DNA from: Negaprion brevirostris
Lineage: Eukaryota
Assembly: GCA_030324005.1 (NCBI GenBank)
Contig: JARDVH010000115.1
Location: 2,993,973-3,057,972, forward strand
Reading direction: 5' to 3'
DNA length: 64,000 nt
The position numbers were made by a program, and so were the translations under genes. A model generated the notes under the pieces. That model had not been told where the DNA came from, ran no database searches, and saw nothing but the letters and a program-made list of their open reading frames with translations. Shown piece after piece: positions 1 to 12,229 of this stretch; the first letter of the stretch is position 1; each line of letters begins with the position of its first letter.

Positions 1-520
1 ATACACACAAACCCTGACCCAAATCCGGACCTAACCCTGGATAAACCCAACCCCGGGATAAACCCTGACCCAAATCCGGACCTAACCCGGGATAAACCCT
101 GACCCAAATCCGGACCTAACCCGGGATAAACCCAAACCCAGCCCCAGAGCGACTTAAACCCAAACCCGGGACAAATCCTGACCTAACCCGGGATATATCC
201 TAACCCACCCCCAGAGCGGCTTAAACCCAAACCCAAACCCTGGATATATCCTAACCCACCCCCAGAGCGACTTAAACCCAAACCCGGGACAAACCCTTGA
301 GCCACCCCGGGACAAACTAATCCAACCCCGGATAAACTTTAATTCAGCCCGGGATAAACCTTAATCCAACCCGGAACAAACGCTGAGCCAGTCTGGGATA
401 AACCCTAACTCACCCCAAAGCGGGTTAAACCCAAACCCGGGATAAATTCTGACCCAGCCCTCAGAGTGGGTTAAATCCTGATCCAAACCCTCATACTGAG
501 CTGACCCAATCTAAACCCCC
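1..520. repeat. Degenerate C/A-rich tandem repeat, about 34-nt period built from about 17-nt subunits (TAAACCCAAACCCGGGA-like)
   Basis: ATAAACCCTGACCCAAATCCGGACCTAACCCGGG occurs at 58-91 and again at 92-125. Variant units continue to about 520. Confidence 0.85.
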
Positions 521-539
521 AAAACCCAGTCCTGAACTT

Positions 540-1110
540 CACCAAGTCCAAACCCGTGCTAAAATCTAATACAAGCCCTCTTGACACTTGTTAAATTTAG
601 CGCGATTTTCCGCTCAAACCTCGTGCTAGATCTAGTCCTTTTTTTTGCATGAACCCAGTGCTGCCCTCAAATATGCACTGAATCCGTTCTAATTTTCCCC
701 ACAAACTAAATCAAGCCCAAAACTCCGTCAAATTTGTGCTAAATGTGATTCGAACCCTCGCTTTAAATCTGTTAAATCCAGTCCAAATCCTGCCCCAAAC
801 ATTTGTTAACCTACTCCAAATCTTGCCCCCCAAACTCATGCTAAATCTAATCCAAATCCTGCCTCTAAATCTCTGCTAAACCTAGTTCAAATCCTACCCT
901 CAACCCGTGCTAAATTTAATCCAAATCTTGCCCACCAAACCTCTGCTAAACCTAATCCAAAGTCTGTCCCCCAAATCCCTGCTAAACTCAGTCCAAATCC
1001 TGCCCACAAACCCGTGCTAAATCTAATCTAAATCCTCCCCTTAAACCTTTGATAAACCTATTCTGCCACTCTCCCACCCACCCCGTGCTAAAAACCGAGT
1101 CCCTCCAGCT
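540..1110. repeat. Degenerate tandem repeat, about 35-nt period (GCTAAATCTAATCCAAATCCTGCCCCCAAAC-like)
   Basis: GCTAAA...CCAAATCC recurs at roughly 33-38 nt spacing, clearest between 840 and 1030. Confidence 0.75.
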
Positions 1111-1351
1111 TTCCTGCCTAAACCAGTGCAGAGACTGTTCGGTGCAGCCCCCCTCAGAAGCACAGAGCTGAGCCAGTCCCAATTTATCCCTCATTCGTGC
1201 CTGGGCTGAGCCAGGCTGGCATTTCGCACCCACCCCAGCCTCTCTCCCTCCCTCCCTTCCTCCCAAGCCCAGATCCCACCCCTTTCTGATCCAGAGCCAG
1301 CACTTGCACCAAGCCAGCCCAGACACTTTGCCTGTTTTTTTAAAATAGGTA

Positions 1352-1544
1352 GGGAGGTAGTGGGGAGGGGGGGTGGGGGGGGAAAGGAGAGAGAGAGAGA
1401 GAGAGAGAGAAAAATAATCCCAATCATTGGGATTCAGTGCATTGCAAAGAGAAATCCAGTGTGGATCCTGCTGCCGGGACCGTCAGCAGTGCTGGCTCTT
1501 CGGGAAGATTTATTATAAAAGCTGAGGAGCAGAAGAGCGAAGGC
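1352..1544 (+). promoter_or_regulatory. Probable promoter/5' UTR of the Jagged gene: G-tracts, (GA)n microsatellite, inverted CCAAT pair
   Basis: It lies directly upstream of ATG 1545. G-runs at 1352-1382, (GA)n at about 1387-1410, palindrome AATCCCAAT-C-ATTGGGATT at 1416-1434. The TSS cannot be determined from sequence. Confidence 0.45.
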
Positions 1545-1613
1545 ATGCTGGATTTTAAAGGGATCTATCACTTTATCGTTGTAGGCGCGGTGCTGTCAAC
1601 TTTCTGGATTCAG
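1545..1613 (+). CDS. Jagged (JAG1/JAG2-family Notch ligand), coding exon 1, signal peptide MLDFKGIYHFIVVGAVLSTFWIQ
   Basis: ATG at 1545 (GGCATGC, purine at -3), hydrophobic signal-like stretch, donor CAG|GTATGC at 1614. Phase 0, in frame with exon 2, matching vertebrate Jagged exon 1 structure. Confidence 0.85.
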
Positions 1614-1735
1614 GTATGCAATGAAATAATCCACATTAGGCTGCAGTGCATTGAGATGTATTTATTTTCAGCCCCTCTCTGCCGCATCAGTCCCACCGTG
1701 CTTTCAATGCTGCCTCTCCTTTTCCTATTCCTCAG

Positions 1736-2035
1736 GCGGCGTTTGCAAAGGGCTATTTCCAGATCAAGTTTAACTCGGTGCAAAACGTTAACGGCGAGTT
1801 GGAGAACGGGGACTGCTGCGATGGCTCCAGGAACCCCCTGGATCGGAGGTGCACCAAGGACGAGTGCGATACCTATTTTAAAATCTGTTTGAAAGAGTAT
1901 CAGGCACGCATTACCAGCTCCGGGAGCTGCACCTTTGGGACCGTGTCCACCCCGGTGCTGGGCAAAAACACCTTCTCCGTCCCGGATAAAAGCACCGCGG
2001 GGAAAGTTGTTATCCCCTTTATGTTTGTGTGGCCG
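1736..2035 (+). CDS. Jagged (JAG1/JAG2 family; leans JAG2-like), coding exon 2, N-terminal C2/MNNL domain
   Basis: Polypyrimidine tract and CTCAG acceptor end at 1735. The 300-nt exon reads [106 protein letters not shown], [15 protein letters not shown] and PFxFxWP are Jagged/Serrate hallmarks. Donor CCG|GTAAGT at 2036. Confidence 0.96.
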
Positions 2036-2814
2036 GTAAGTGACTTTGAGGGGTGAGCAATTGTTGCATGGGGCGCGATTGGGACCGGGTTTTAATCAAC
2101 TGCCTGCTTTTCGGTGTAACGGAATAAAAATGACACACACACACACACAAGCACACGCTTTCTCCTGTTAATGTTCTCTCTTTTTTTAAAAAAAAGCAAC
2201 CCACCCCCTCAGCAGGCAAAAACAAAAAGAATAACATCATAAAAACCACCCCCTCCAGACACAAGTGCAGCACCCTCAAGCCCCAGCTGTCATTTTCTCT
2301 GGATTGCATGACTTTATTGATCCAAAAACCTTCCAGTGTAACCTTACATGTGGAGGAAAGAGGTTGCAGAATTTCACGGCTTTTTAAAATAACCACACAA
2401 CACCCCAATAGATAGTCACCTTTCCAAATGATTTCATACTAAGGGCGGTTGTCTGCGTGTTGCAAATTTGTTTCTAAATATCTTTTTCAGTTTTGGGCTG
2501 GGGAGAAAAAAAAATCACCCCTCTGGCGCTCTTGCTACTTTTTTTTTAAACGCCTGTCTGTGAGAGATGTGGAAACTTTTTCTCTCTGTTTTGCCGATGG
2601 TGTTTTGAGCTGCACACAACCGGGGGAAGCGAAATGCAGAGAGAGAGACGCCAGGTGAAGTTGCCTGGCGTCTTTATCAGGTGTTCCTAACAAAACCCGC
2701 CCCAAACTGTCCCACATTGAATCGGAAAGCCTTTCAACCCGGAGTTAGTGATCTGGCTGCTCGGCCGTGTGTGTGTGTCTGCATAGCAGCCCGAGTGCCT
2801 GACACCTGTTCTTG

Positions 2815-3560
2815 ACCGGGAGTGGGACCCATTCCCTTTGCCTCCGGATTGGAAGGGGAGTGGGATCTTTCTTTGCCCCCGGAATGGAAGGGGAGTGGGA
2901 TCTATCTATTCCAATCCTGGAGCAATGGGATCTATCCCATTGCTCCAGGAGTGGAAGGGGAATGGGATTGTTCTTTGCTCCAGGATTGGAAGGGGAATGG
3001 GATCACTGTTTGCTCTCAAATCGCAAGGGGAGTGGGAATTTTCCTCTGCTATTAGATTAGGAAGGGAGGTGGGATCTCTCTATGCTTTAGAATCGCAAAG
3101 GGAATGGGATCTGTCTGCTCCAGGATCGGGAGGGGAGTGGGATCTCTCTGCTCCTGGATTATAAGGGGAGTGGGATCCAGGATTATAAAGGGATCGGGAT
3201 CTCTCTGCTCCCGGATTGTAAGGGGAGTGGGATTCCGGATTATAAGGGGAGTGGGATCTCTCTGCTCCGGGATTATAAAGGGAGTGGGATCCAGGATTAT
3301 AAGGGGAGTNNNNNNNNNNNNNNNNNNNNNNNNNNNNNNNNNNNNNNNNNNNNNNNNNNNNNNNNNNNNNNNNNNNNNNNNNNNNNNNNNNNNNNNNNNN
3401 NNNNNNNNNGGAGTGGGATTCCGGATTATAAGGGGAGTGGGATCTCTCTGCTCCTGGATTATAAAGGGAGTGGGATCCAGGATTATAAGGGGAGTGGGAT
3501 CCCTCTGCTCCAGGACCGGGAGGGGAGTGGGGGACCCCGGATTGGGAAGGAGACTGGGAT
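2815..3560. repeat. G-rich minisatellite, about 33-nt unit (AGGGGAGTGGGATCTCTCTGCTCC(T/C)GGATTATA) with about 21-nt short variants; internal gap
   Basis: Many tandem copies, homogeneous near the gap and diverged towards the left end. It explains the repetitive ORFs at 2812-3592. Confidence 0.92.
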
Positions 3561-3594
3561 GTGTGCATGTGCTTTTCCGAGGGGCTGTCTGACA

Positions 3595-3850
3595 GTTTGG
3601 GAGCCGGGGGGGTCAGCAGCTGCTGACTGGGCGGCTGTAGCGCCCGGCCCGGCTGCCTGGCGCTTCATTCCCAGTGTTTGCAAAATAGACATTGCTGCAT
3701 CTGAGCGGCTGCATCAGCTGGGCAGCGTTAACAGCGCCTGATTGCTGCAATCCCCCCCCCCCCCCGCCCCGGGAGCCGGGCAGGGCTCGCGCCGAATCCG
3801 TTAGAAAGGCGCGGCGGGGGGGAGGGGACTCCCAGCCTGGAACACTGAGA
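3595..3850. promoter_or_regulatory. Short CpG/GC-rich intronic segment, candidate regulatory element
   Basis: Dense CpG (GCGCCCGGCCCGG, GCTCGCGCCG, GCGCGGCGG) against a CpG-poor background. I do not recognise it as a repeat. Confidence 0.4.
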
Positions 3851-4429
3851 GATAGCTCAAGGTGTTGGGGGAAGATGGGTGGCCTGTTGACTGTGGTGGA
3901 TCCCAGCTGGGGGAGATGGGCTTCACCTTTGTTCCTGATGAGGAGTTGGGTCAGTGAGGATGGTGGATTTGGGAGGTAAAGACCCTGGATAGGAGAAAAT
4001 GTAATGGAGGTCTTGGAAAAGACAAGGGTCAGATGAAGTGGCTATGGCTCCTTGAATGCTGTCATCTCTTCAAATCAGTTAGTTTTTCAAACCTTTTTCC
4101 TTTCTGTCATTTGCAGTTCTTGTACTGCAGAAGAGAATTCTGATCAGGGAATTACGAATAATTCCAAGCAGGCATTAGGGTAGCGTCACATTGCATTTGG
4201 GACAAAATCTCAATTTGGGTGACCTTATGACTAGAAGCTCTAAGTTATTAAATTTAAAGTGTGTTCCATTTTAAATTTGATGTGTTAACAAGAGAATTAG
4301 GAGCAGAGGTGTATTCATACGCATTTTGAACCGAACCAGGTGGGGAATAAGATACACTTGGGACTCTCTGGTTACCTGCCTGGTCTTCCTTCTCTGTCTG
4401 GCAGTCACTGTTACATTGAGCTCAGAAGA

Positions 4430-4800
4430 ATGTGAGAACATAGAAATAGAAGCAGGAACAAGCCCCTCAAGCCTCCTCTACCATTCAGTAAGATATGGTT
4501 GATCTGATAGTAACCTCAACACTGGGTTCCTGCCTCCCTGGTAATCTTTCACTCCCCCTGCCCTCCCTTGTTAATAAAGAATCTACTTGGTCTTAAAAAT
4601 ATTCAAAGATTCTGATTCCATTTGCCTTCTGAAGAAGAGTTCCAGAGATATTCAACCTCTGAGAAGAAAGGTTCTCCTCACCTCTGTCTTAGATGAGTGC
4701 CCCCTTATTTTTAACAGTGAGCCCTGATACTGGAATCTCTGGCAAGAGGAAACATCCATTTCACATCCACCATGTCAATACCCTCAGGATCTTCAAGGCT
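4430..4800 (-). mobile_element. CR1-clade LINE 3' fragment
   Basis: AACATAGAAATAGAAGCAGGA...CCCTCAAGCCT...CCATTCAGTAAGAT matches the reverse complement of the CR1 3' end seen repeatedly in the window. Confidence 0.7.
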
Positions 4801-7800
4801 AGAGGATGAATTTTAGTACCGTATAGAAAATGAAAGGCACGAGGATGATAAATAGGGAGAAATAAATCTTGTGAACTTTGTCTTGATCTATGTCCCAGTG
4901 ACCTCATTGCTACTGTTTCTGGCTTGAAAGTATTTGAAGGAGTGATGATAATACTTTGCTAGGCGTGTTATTTGAGAGTTTGTTGTTCTGTTACCAGTAA
5001 CTGAACACCTTTTTTTGAGTTCCTGGGCTCATTTAAAGCTTCGCAAGCTTGATCGTGTTCGAAGTTAGAAGATGGGGGTGGAGATGTGATCTTTACTGTG
5101 GGCAGACTAAAACAAATCATGGTCCATGATATGGAATATCTCCGCAAACCAGCAGTGCACTGACACGCTTGTCTTGTCCATACTGGAAGGAAGAAGAAAA
5201 CTGTTCACAAAACACACCCAAGGGCTAGTGCAGTACCATATCTCAAAATAACACTGGCAGAAGGAGAGGAACAGCACTTTTTTTAAATGATCATGATCCG
5301 GAATGCAGTTGTTGAGAGAGGGTGGTGCAAGCGGATTCAGTCGTAACTTTAAGTGGAACATTGGATAAAGACTTGAAGAGGAAGTCTTGTACTGCCCTGG
5401 GGCAGGAACAGAGGAAGTGGGACTAATTGGGCTGCATGGCCTCCATGATATAGCACTCCTACAGAATGTTGTGTAAGTATTCAAATGTATATAAAGTGCA
5501 GGATGATGTTTGCTGCTTAACTTGCGTGCCACAGTGAGACTAACCACTATATGGAAGCGAAGTATTAGCTCCACCCACCGTGCAAGGCCATTCTTTTCTT
5601 CTGACTCACGGGTGTTTCCTCATAAGTGGCAGTGATTGGAGAGGGTGGGATCACTGCGTCAACATTAACCGCAAGGGCTGGTGATAGCTGCTGAGAGAAG
5701 CTGTCATCAAAACTCTTCTGAAATGTCGATGACATGTCCATTTTTTTCATTAAAAAGGGAAAGGATATCCTGGAGTGGTCTCTGATTTGTCCCTTCAGGT
5801 TCAAGTAACATTTTAAACAATGCTTAAGCTTTTCAGCTTCAACTGAACCCTTGGCCAGATTGCAGTCTGCACACTTTCCCTTGAATATATTTCCTGAAAG
5901 TTGCACAGGGTATCTGTAATTTTGATATGTTGTAATAAAGTCAGAAGGGAGAATATTCTAACCTACCATCCCTGTTTCATTCTGTTTTTCCTCATTGACA
6001 TAATTATTGCCTGTTAAATTTGCATTGTCCCCTGGCTTTCAGTGTCTTCCGACTAAGGTCCGGTAGTTGAGATCATGCCCAATTGCTGTGCCAAAATGCT
6101 GATTGATCTGGTGGCAGCTTCACTGCTGCTGCTTACCAGCCTCCAGCCTGGTGCGAAGCAGGTGTGGGCCTGTGTCTGGTTGCGTTTTACATTGAATGAT
6201 GATTCAGAGGCGGGGGGGGNNNNNNNNNNNNNNNNNNNNNNNNNNNNNNNNNNNNNNNNNNNNNNNNNNNNNNNNNNNNNNNNNNNNNNNNNNNNNNNNN
6301 NNNNNNNNNNNNNNNNNNNNNNNNNNNNNNNNNNNNNNNNNNNNNNNNNNNNNNNNNNNNNNNNNNNNNNNNNNNNNNNNNNNNNNNNNNNNNNNNNNNN
6401 NNNNNNNNNNNNNNNNNNNNNNNNNNNNNNNNNNNNNNNNNNNNNNNNNNNNNNNNNNNNNNNNNNNNNNNNNNNNNNNNNNNNNNNNNNNNNNNNNNNN
6501 NNNNNNNNNNNNNNNNNNNNNNNNNNNNNNNNNNNNNNNNNNNNNNNNNNNNNNNNNNNNNNNNNNGTCACTGAAATGACACAAAGTTCTTCACCATTAC
6601 TCTGTGGGTCAAAGCAGTGTGCTGCTGAGCGAAATACATAATTCTTCAAGTTTAACCACCAATCTGTGATTTGGTTGTTAGTAGCCAAAGTTTTGATACA
6701 CCTGAAATCATTGAGTTGCAAGTTCTCATTGACGTTAGACTATGCGTGACCTTGGTAAACTCAGACTGGAAAAGCAAAAGTTGTAAAAGGATCTGCTACC
6801 CAATATCAAGCTTAGAAAATATGACTGTCCAGTATGGGGTGCGATTAGTGTCATCAGTAATTACCCCAGTTAATTAAATAGCCAATTCTTCACTTGGAGC
6901 CTGAATTCTCACTTGATCACTACATTGAGTTCCCAGAGGCCAACCGTTTTCCCTCAAAAACTGTTCCCCCTGTCATGATTTCCCGTAGAGAGGGAGGAGA
7001 GAATTGCAGTTGAGGGACTGAGGCAGCTGGGGTGTTCACATCAAGTACTATTGTGTAGTGTGGGGTTTCTAAGCATTTAGTGAAAGTATTGGGCTGGAGT
7101 CAAATATTGTGGTGCTGCAGTATGTAGTGCCAGGGAGGTGATAAAACAATAACTTAATAGGATAAAAGTAATTGAGCAAGTCTCCAACAATCTGAGACCA
7201 TTTTTTTCTGATTTCAGCAGCCAAATGTTTAACTTAAGCACTGAAGAGTTGGAATGTTTATGTTCAGAAAAACTCCAGATCATTAATTTCCTAAGCTCAA
7301 GTCCCATTTGAGGTGACATCCAGACCTTAAAAGGGAAATTTAGGGGAGCCTTGTTTTGCATCTGCCATTGCATCTGGTGTCACCCAGTCTCTATTCCTTT
7401 ACTCTACTCCGTACCATGTAATGTGCTTCAATTCTTATTCGGGGACACTTGGGTTACTTTTCCATTACCGTAGTTTGTTGCTGGCTACACAAAATTCTCA
7501 GACTACTTGCATTTGTACCCTACTTGGTGATGTCTCCCTGAAATAATCTATACTTTCACAGAGACAGCTGAGAACATGTGGTGCAGGAATGTGCAGTGAT
7601 GTCAGTCCCTAATCTGCACCTTGTGGTTAATTTTGAAACAAATGTTTCTGTCAACCTCTCAGCAGTTTTACGCTAAGAACGTGTAGCTTGAATGGAATAC
7701 TTGAGACAATCTTCATCCTGTTGTGGTGCTGACATCATGTTTTGGAAGTCTGAGGTCTGCTCACTTAAAATGGGATGTGAACTGTTTCCATGGAAGTCTG

Positions 7801-8439
7801 TGTATCCGCTGCACAGACCAAGGAGGGAAGGGAAGCCTGTAATTTCAAAGCAAGCAGCAAGTTACTACTTTGCTTGTTTAAAAGGGAGCGTGTGACCTTT
7901 GACCCCTTCAGTTGCGCAGAATTGAATAGAGGGGAAGTTTACATTTCCTAAAAAAGTTGGCAACTAAAAGGTTTTTGGTGCAGTGTCATCGAATCATAGG
8001 GTGGTTACAGCACAAAAGGGGACCATTGTTGGACCTCTATAAGAACAACATGGTTGGTCCCACTTCTCCGCCATTTCTCCATAGCCCTGCTAACATTTTC
8101 TCTTGGGCCGGAACCGTTCTCTTGATTCATTCCTATCCTCCCCAATGCCTTCACATCCTTCCTCCAATGTAATGCTCACAATTGGATGCAATACTCCAGC
8201 TGAGGCCAAAACTGTTACAAAGGTTCACAGTCATTTCTTAAAGACCAGGATAATATATGCCTTATTTACTGATTTCTTAACTTACCCTGCCATCGTTAAC
8301 AATTTGTGCATATGTACTCGGAGGCTTTTCTGCACTTGAAGCCCCTTTAGAATTGTATTATTTCATATTGATTTTCCTTCCAAAATATACAACGCTATAC
8401 TTCAGTCATTCAATCATTTAGTTATAAAATGTTTCGAAT

Positions 8440-8680
8440 GAATTTCCAAAGGATCCTGTAGGGATTCATAGGATGACAGGTGTCTTGACCAATACTATTC
8501 TTCAACCAGTACCACTAAAACAGAATATCTGGTCATGATCAGATTACTGTTCGTGGGGGAATTGGCTGCCATATTTCCAACACTATTTCAATGACAGCAC
8601 TTGATTGCCTGTAAAGTGCTTTGGGATATCCTGTGCTCATGACGGGCACCAGAGAAATCCAAGACTTCATCTCTTTTCAT
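8440..8680 (+). mobile_element. Deu-domain SINE fragment (SacSINE1/AmnSINE1-like)
   Basis: CAACCAGTACCACTAAAACAGAATATCTGGTCAT...ATTGGCTGCC...GTAAAGTGCTTTGGGATATCCTG resembles the Deu domain and tail. Confidence 0.6.
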
Positions 8681-8989
8681 TCAGGTGATGTTTGCTCTAA
8701 GATTTACCGAGGCAAAAATAATGATGGCGTTCCCAGTCATCCTTTGATTCATGATTGCATCTCCTCTGCCAATGTTTATTTCTTACCAGCTTTTTAAACC
8801 TGTATTCCACCTACTCCAAGGATCTGAAAACTTTAATTTTAAAACAATGACTGAAATGGACAGAACAAATGTTAATAACTTTTCATAATTTTGGTGTTGC
8901 TGTATTTCCTTGGTTGTCAGGTTCCTGGGTTAGATTGGCTCTGCTGCACTACAGAAGAGAGCCCGAACTTGTCACGCTTTTCATGAGCT

Positions 8990-9330
8990 TAGGACATCCA
9001 AGTATGGTTTCTAGCCAGTTACGCAATTTTTGAAATTTGTCATCTGCAATATAGGAAAGGCAGCAGCCAATACTTGTAAAGCAAGCTCCCATAAACAGCA
9101 AAACAATAATGACCAGGTTCACTGTTTTATTGGCACCTGTAGAGCGATCAATATCAATGCGTTAAGTGTCTCGTCCCCTCTGGATAATATCGTGGATCTT
9201 TTGGCATTCATCCAGAGGGCATTTCAGACTGCTAATGTCTCATCTGGAAGACAGCAAACTTGGCATTGCAGTGCTCCCTCAGCGCACACTGAAATGACAG
9301 CCTAGACTGTGGGCTCCTGTTTTTGGACTA
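8990..9330 (-). mobile_element. Deu-domain SINE, degenerate
   Basis: GGAAAGGCAGCAGCCAAT...AGCAAGCTCCCATAAACAGCAA...AATGACCAG...CTCATCTGGAAGACAGCA...CAGTGCTCCCTCAGCGCAC is the reverse of the family consensus. Confidence 0.65.
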
Positions 9331-10017
9331 ACACTTTCACAGTGGGTTTCCTCCCAAAGGCATTCGTGCTAGAGTACTGAAAGTGGCTTGAGGAACCAGT
9401 GACATGTAAGCATCCTATCCCTTTAACGTTTTGTTAACTGACCCAATAGGATAGAGAGCTCTGTTTTTCACTGACCTAGAGGAACTACAGTTCTGGCAAA
9501 ATTAAAGCAGAGGAAGGATGAAATGATTATTATTTAATGCAGCAAGTTGTCATCTGGAAAGGACTGCCTGGAAGTGTAGTGGAAACAGATTCAATAAAAT
9601 TGTCAAAAGAAAAAGAAAATAACTGGGGGGAGAAAAGGTGCAGGACTATAGGCAAAGAGCAGGCGCGAACGACAGATCGGGATCATCTTTTAGAAGAGCT
9701 AAGCACTGGGGCAATAGGCAGTTGGCCTCCTGTGCTGCGAGATGTAGAGTGATCCACCGCTGATCGTTTGCTGCCTATCCACTGATGGCACATTGTTAGT
9801 GCCACTCGGTTACATGCTAAGCTGAAGTATGAGTACATCGGTTGTTTTCAACATAAAATTGAAGTTGGTTTGAGTGCATCTCAATATGTTTTGCAGTCTG
9901 GCATACGTGTTGGCTGCTGCTGATCTACAGAATGCTACTTCATTCAGCAATCTAGTTAGATTTCCCTGAAGCTCGTGCAGCAGCCTTCACATACTCCAGT
10001 ATTTTCATGCGTGTTAT

Positions 10018-10308
10018 TTAAAGTTTGTTCCTAAGTGTCACAAGTAGACTTGTATTAACATTTTGTCATGAAGTTACAGTGAAAATCCCCTAGTTGCCAC
10101 ACTGGTGCCTGTGTGGATACAGTGAGGGCAAGTTTAGTATGGCCAATGCATATAACTAGCCCATGTTTGGAGTATGGGAGGAAACTGGAGCACCCGGAGG
10201 AAACCCCATGCAGATACAAGGAGAACATGCAGATTCTGCACAGTCAGTGACCCAAGCCAGGTCCCTGGTGCTGAGGCAGCAATGCTAACCATTGTGCCAC
10301 CATACCCC
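10018..10308 (-). mobile_element. HE1-like tRNA-derived V-SINE with alternative (non-CR1) tail
   Basis: GGAGGAAACTGGAGCACCCGGAGGAAACCC is the reversed V-domain. The head reads GGTGGCACAATGGTTAGCATTGCTGCCTCA on the minus strand. Confidence 0.85.
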
Positions 10309-12229
10309 CTTTATTTGCTCAGTAAAGTGAGTGCTGAGCTCAGTGACACTAAGAATTAAATATTGAAAAGAGTTGAATGTCATCAACTTGATGTTTTAAC
10401 TGTCTTGTGTCATGCTTCAGCCTATTGATGAAAATTAAAGAAAGTCTAGGATGACGAGGTGGGTTGGGAAGAACATTTGGTTTGTGAAACCTGCTCCTTC
10501 CTGTGAAATGTCTCCTTGACCTCCCGAGGTAATCTTGTGAAATTCCGGCATATCAATCTAGTGTTACAGCCTTGCATTATTTAAGCCTAACTAGTTGTAC
10601 ACTCCAGATATTTCCATTATATTAACAGGACAGGCACTGCACACATGGATCCACAGGGTGGTAAACATGGTGTCAATTCAGGTGACTGTTATATGCAAAC
10701 TACTTATGTTGCCCCTTCAGTTTGACATCTCTTAGCAAGTTTCCAGCCACAGTTGCAATATCCATTTTAAAACTGGTCTCAAGGCTTCTTTCCGATCTTT
10801 GTGTTTCTCCGTGTGATTAAAAATTTAAACTAAATTTGTGTGCTTAATATATTGAGAAACACTTAACATTTTATTGTAGTTCTAGTTCCGTGCAGGCTGT
10901 TTTTTAATTTTTAATCTAAGTATTCTTTTATATATTGGCCATCCTGGAGAGTATTTCAGATTCTCTAGAATCTGTTGCTGACTGGTTTATTAAATAAAAC
11001 AGCAAATTCTGGCTATTATGTTCTAATGGCGATTACAGCTACTAACTGATGTTTCTTACATGTAGTTTTGGTTTAATGTTTGTGGACTTGCCCAGGTATT
11101 CTCTTTGGGTGAAATGGTAGGTTTATAGAACAAAGGAGAAAATTCTTCAAACATGGGTTATGTTTTTTAAAAATGCATAGTTTGTACAAACTGGTTTATC
11201 TGCACCCCAGCCTGGTTGTGTCAAAGGTAATCGAATAGTCCTTTCTTTGATATCACACTTGAATGTAGCTAGTCAGGACAATAAACTTCTGAAGCGTGCT
11301 GACTGTAATTGACTCTGGAGTTTATTGTAAAAGGATCCCTTACATGGCAGAGAGATTAGGGGCCTGCCACCTGTTGCCTTTTCAACATTTTCTTAACCTT
11401 TCTATCTGCTGCTGCCCCTAGAACTCCTTCCATTGCTTGCTTCAAAGAATTGGATTTGTTATTTGAAACTTTAATATATGTTTCCTTTAACTTTGGACTC
11501 TGGGAATTTTATTTTCCCTGGATTATGGTTCAATGCACTTTCTGTCTGAAACAGAAGTGAAGGATTTGGCTGGTCGTGCTTTATTAGGTGTGGAGATGAC
11601 AGCTGTCTTTTAATGTCTTTAAAAATGATTCCATTCTGGCACAATGTAAACTTCAGTGTCTTCAAAATATGACGTTGAGGCATCTTCGATCATTAGTTGT
11701 ATGTTACTTTGTTTTTATTTTTCCCTCACCCATCCCCTACGTCACACTGTTGTGAATCTTCTAGTTCCGAAAATTGCCGTAAAAACCAAATTGATTTAGT
11801 TTGAAACAAACTGACTTCCGTTTTGAAAGAGGGACGGGTGTATTGAGCCAAATTGATCTTGTATTTCCTGGCATTTTCTTGACTAGTATATATTTTTGGG
11901 GTGGAGGAAGAGAGAGTCAGAGATTGCGCACTTCCTCACATGCTGAGTTGCGGAAATTACTTTATGATCCATCCAAGTTTCCTGTCTCGCAGATCACTTC
12001 TTAGTGGTTGGTCAGGGTGTTTCCAGAGGTCTGTGGTAGATAGTTGCCTTATGAGCTGAATTGAGGATGTTAGATTATCTTGGGAGTGGGGTGAGTATTG
12101 GGAAGGGGAAGAGGTGATTGTGGTGCCAACAAGCACAAGAAATGTAGAATCTGATGAGCAGTGCCAGAGATCTGGGATTAGGAACTGATTCTTTCACCAG
12201 GAAATGGCCTACGTTGCGAAACAAAGAAA

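Noticed and set aside
1-520. Telomeric array or CRISPR-like repeats
   Set aside because: There are no runs of (CCCTAA)n and no unique spacers. It is a degenerate tandem repeat in vertebrate DNA.
1511-1520. TATA box TATAAAA
   Set aside because: It is only about 25-30 nt before the ATG, which would leave almost no 5' UTR. It cannot be supported without TSS data.
1437-1892. 151-aa ORF as a standalone gene
   Set aside because: It is Jagged exon 1 read through intron 1 and then out of frame through exon 2.
2812-3592. Repetitive ORFs and a possible RBPJ site array (GTGGGAT)
   Set aside because: The ORFs are translations of the minisatellite, and the motif mostly lacks the TGGGAA core.
5107-5906. 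155-aa and 113-aa minus-strand ORFs
   Set aside because: They show no recognisable protein motif, and part overlaps a decayed LINE 3' end.
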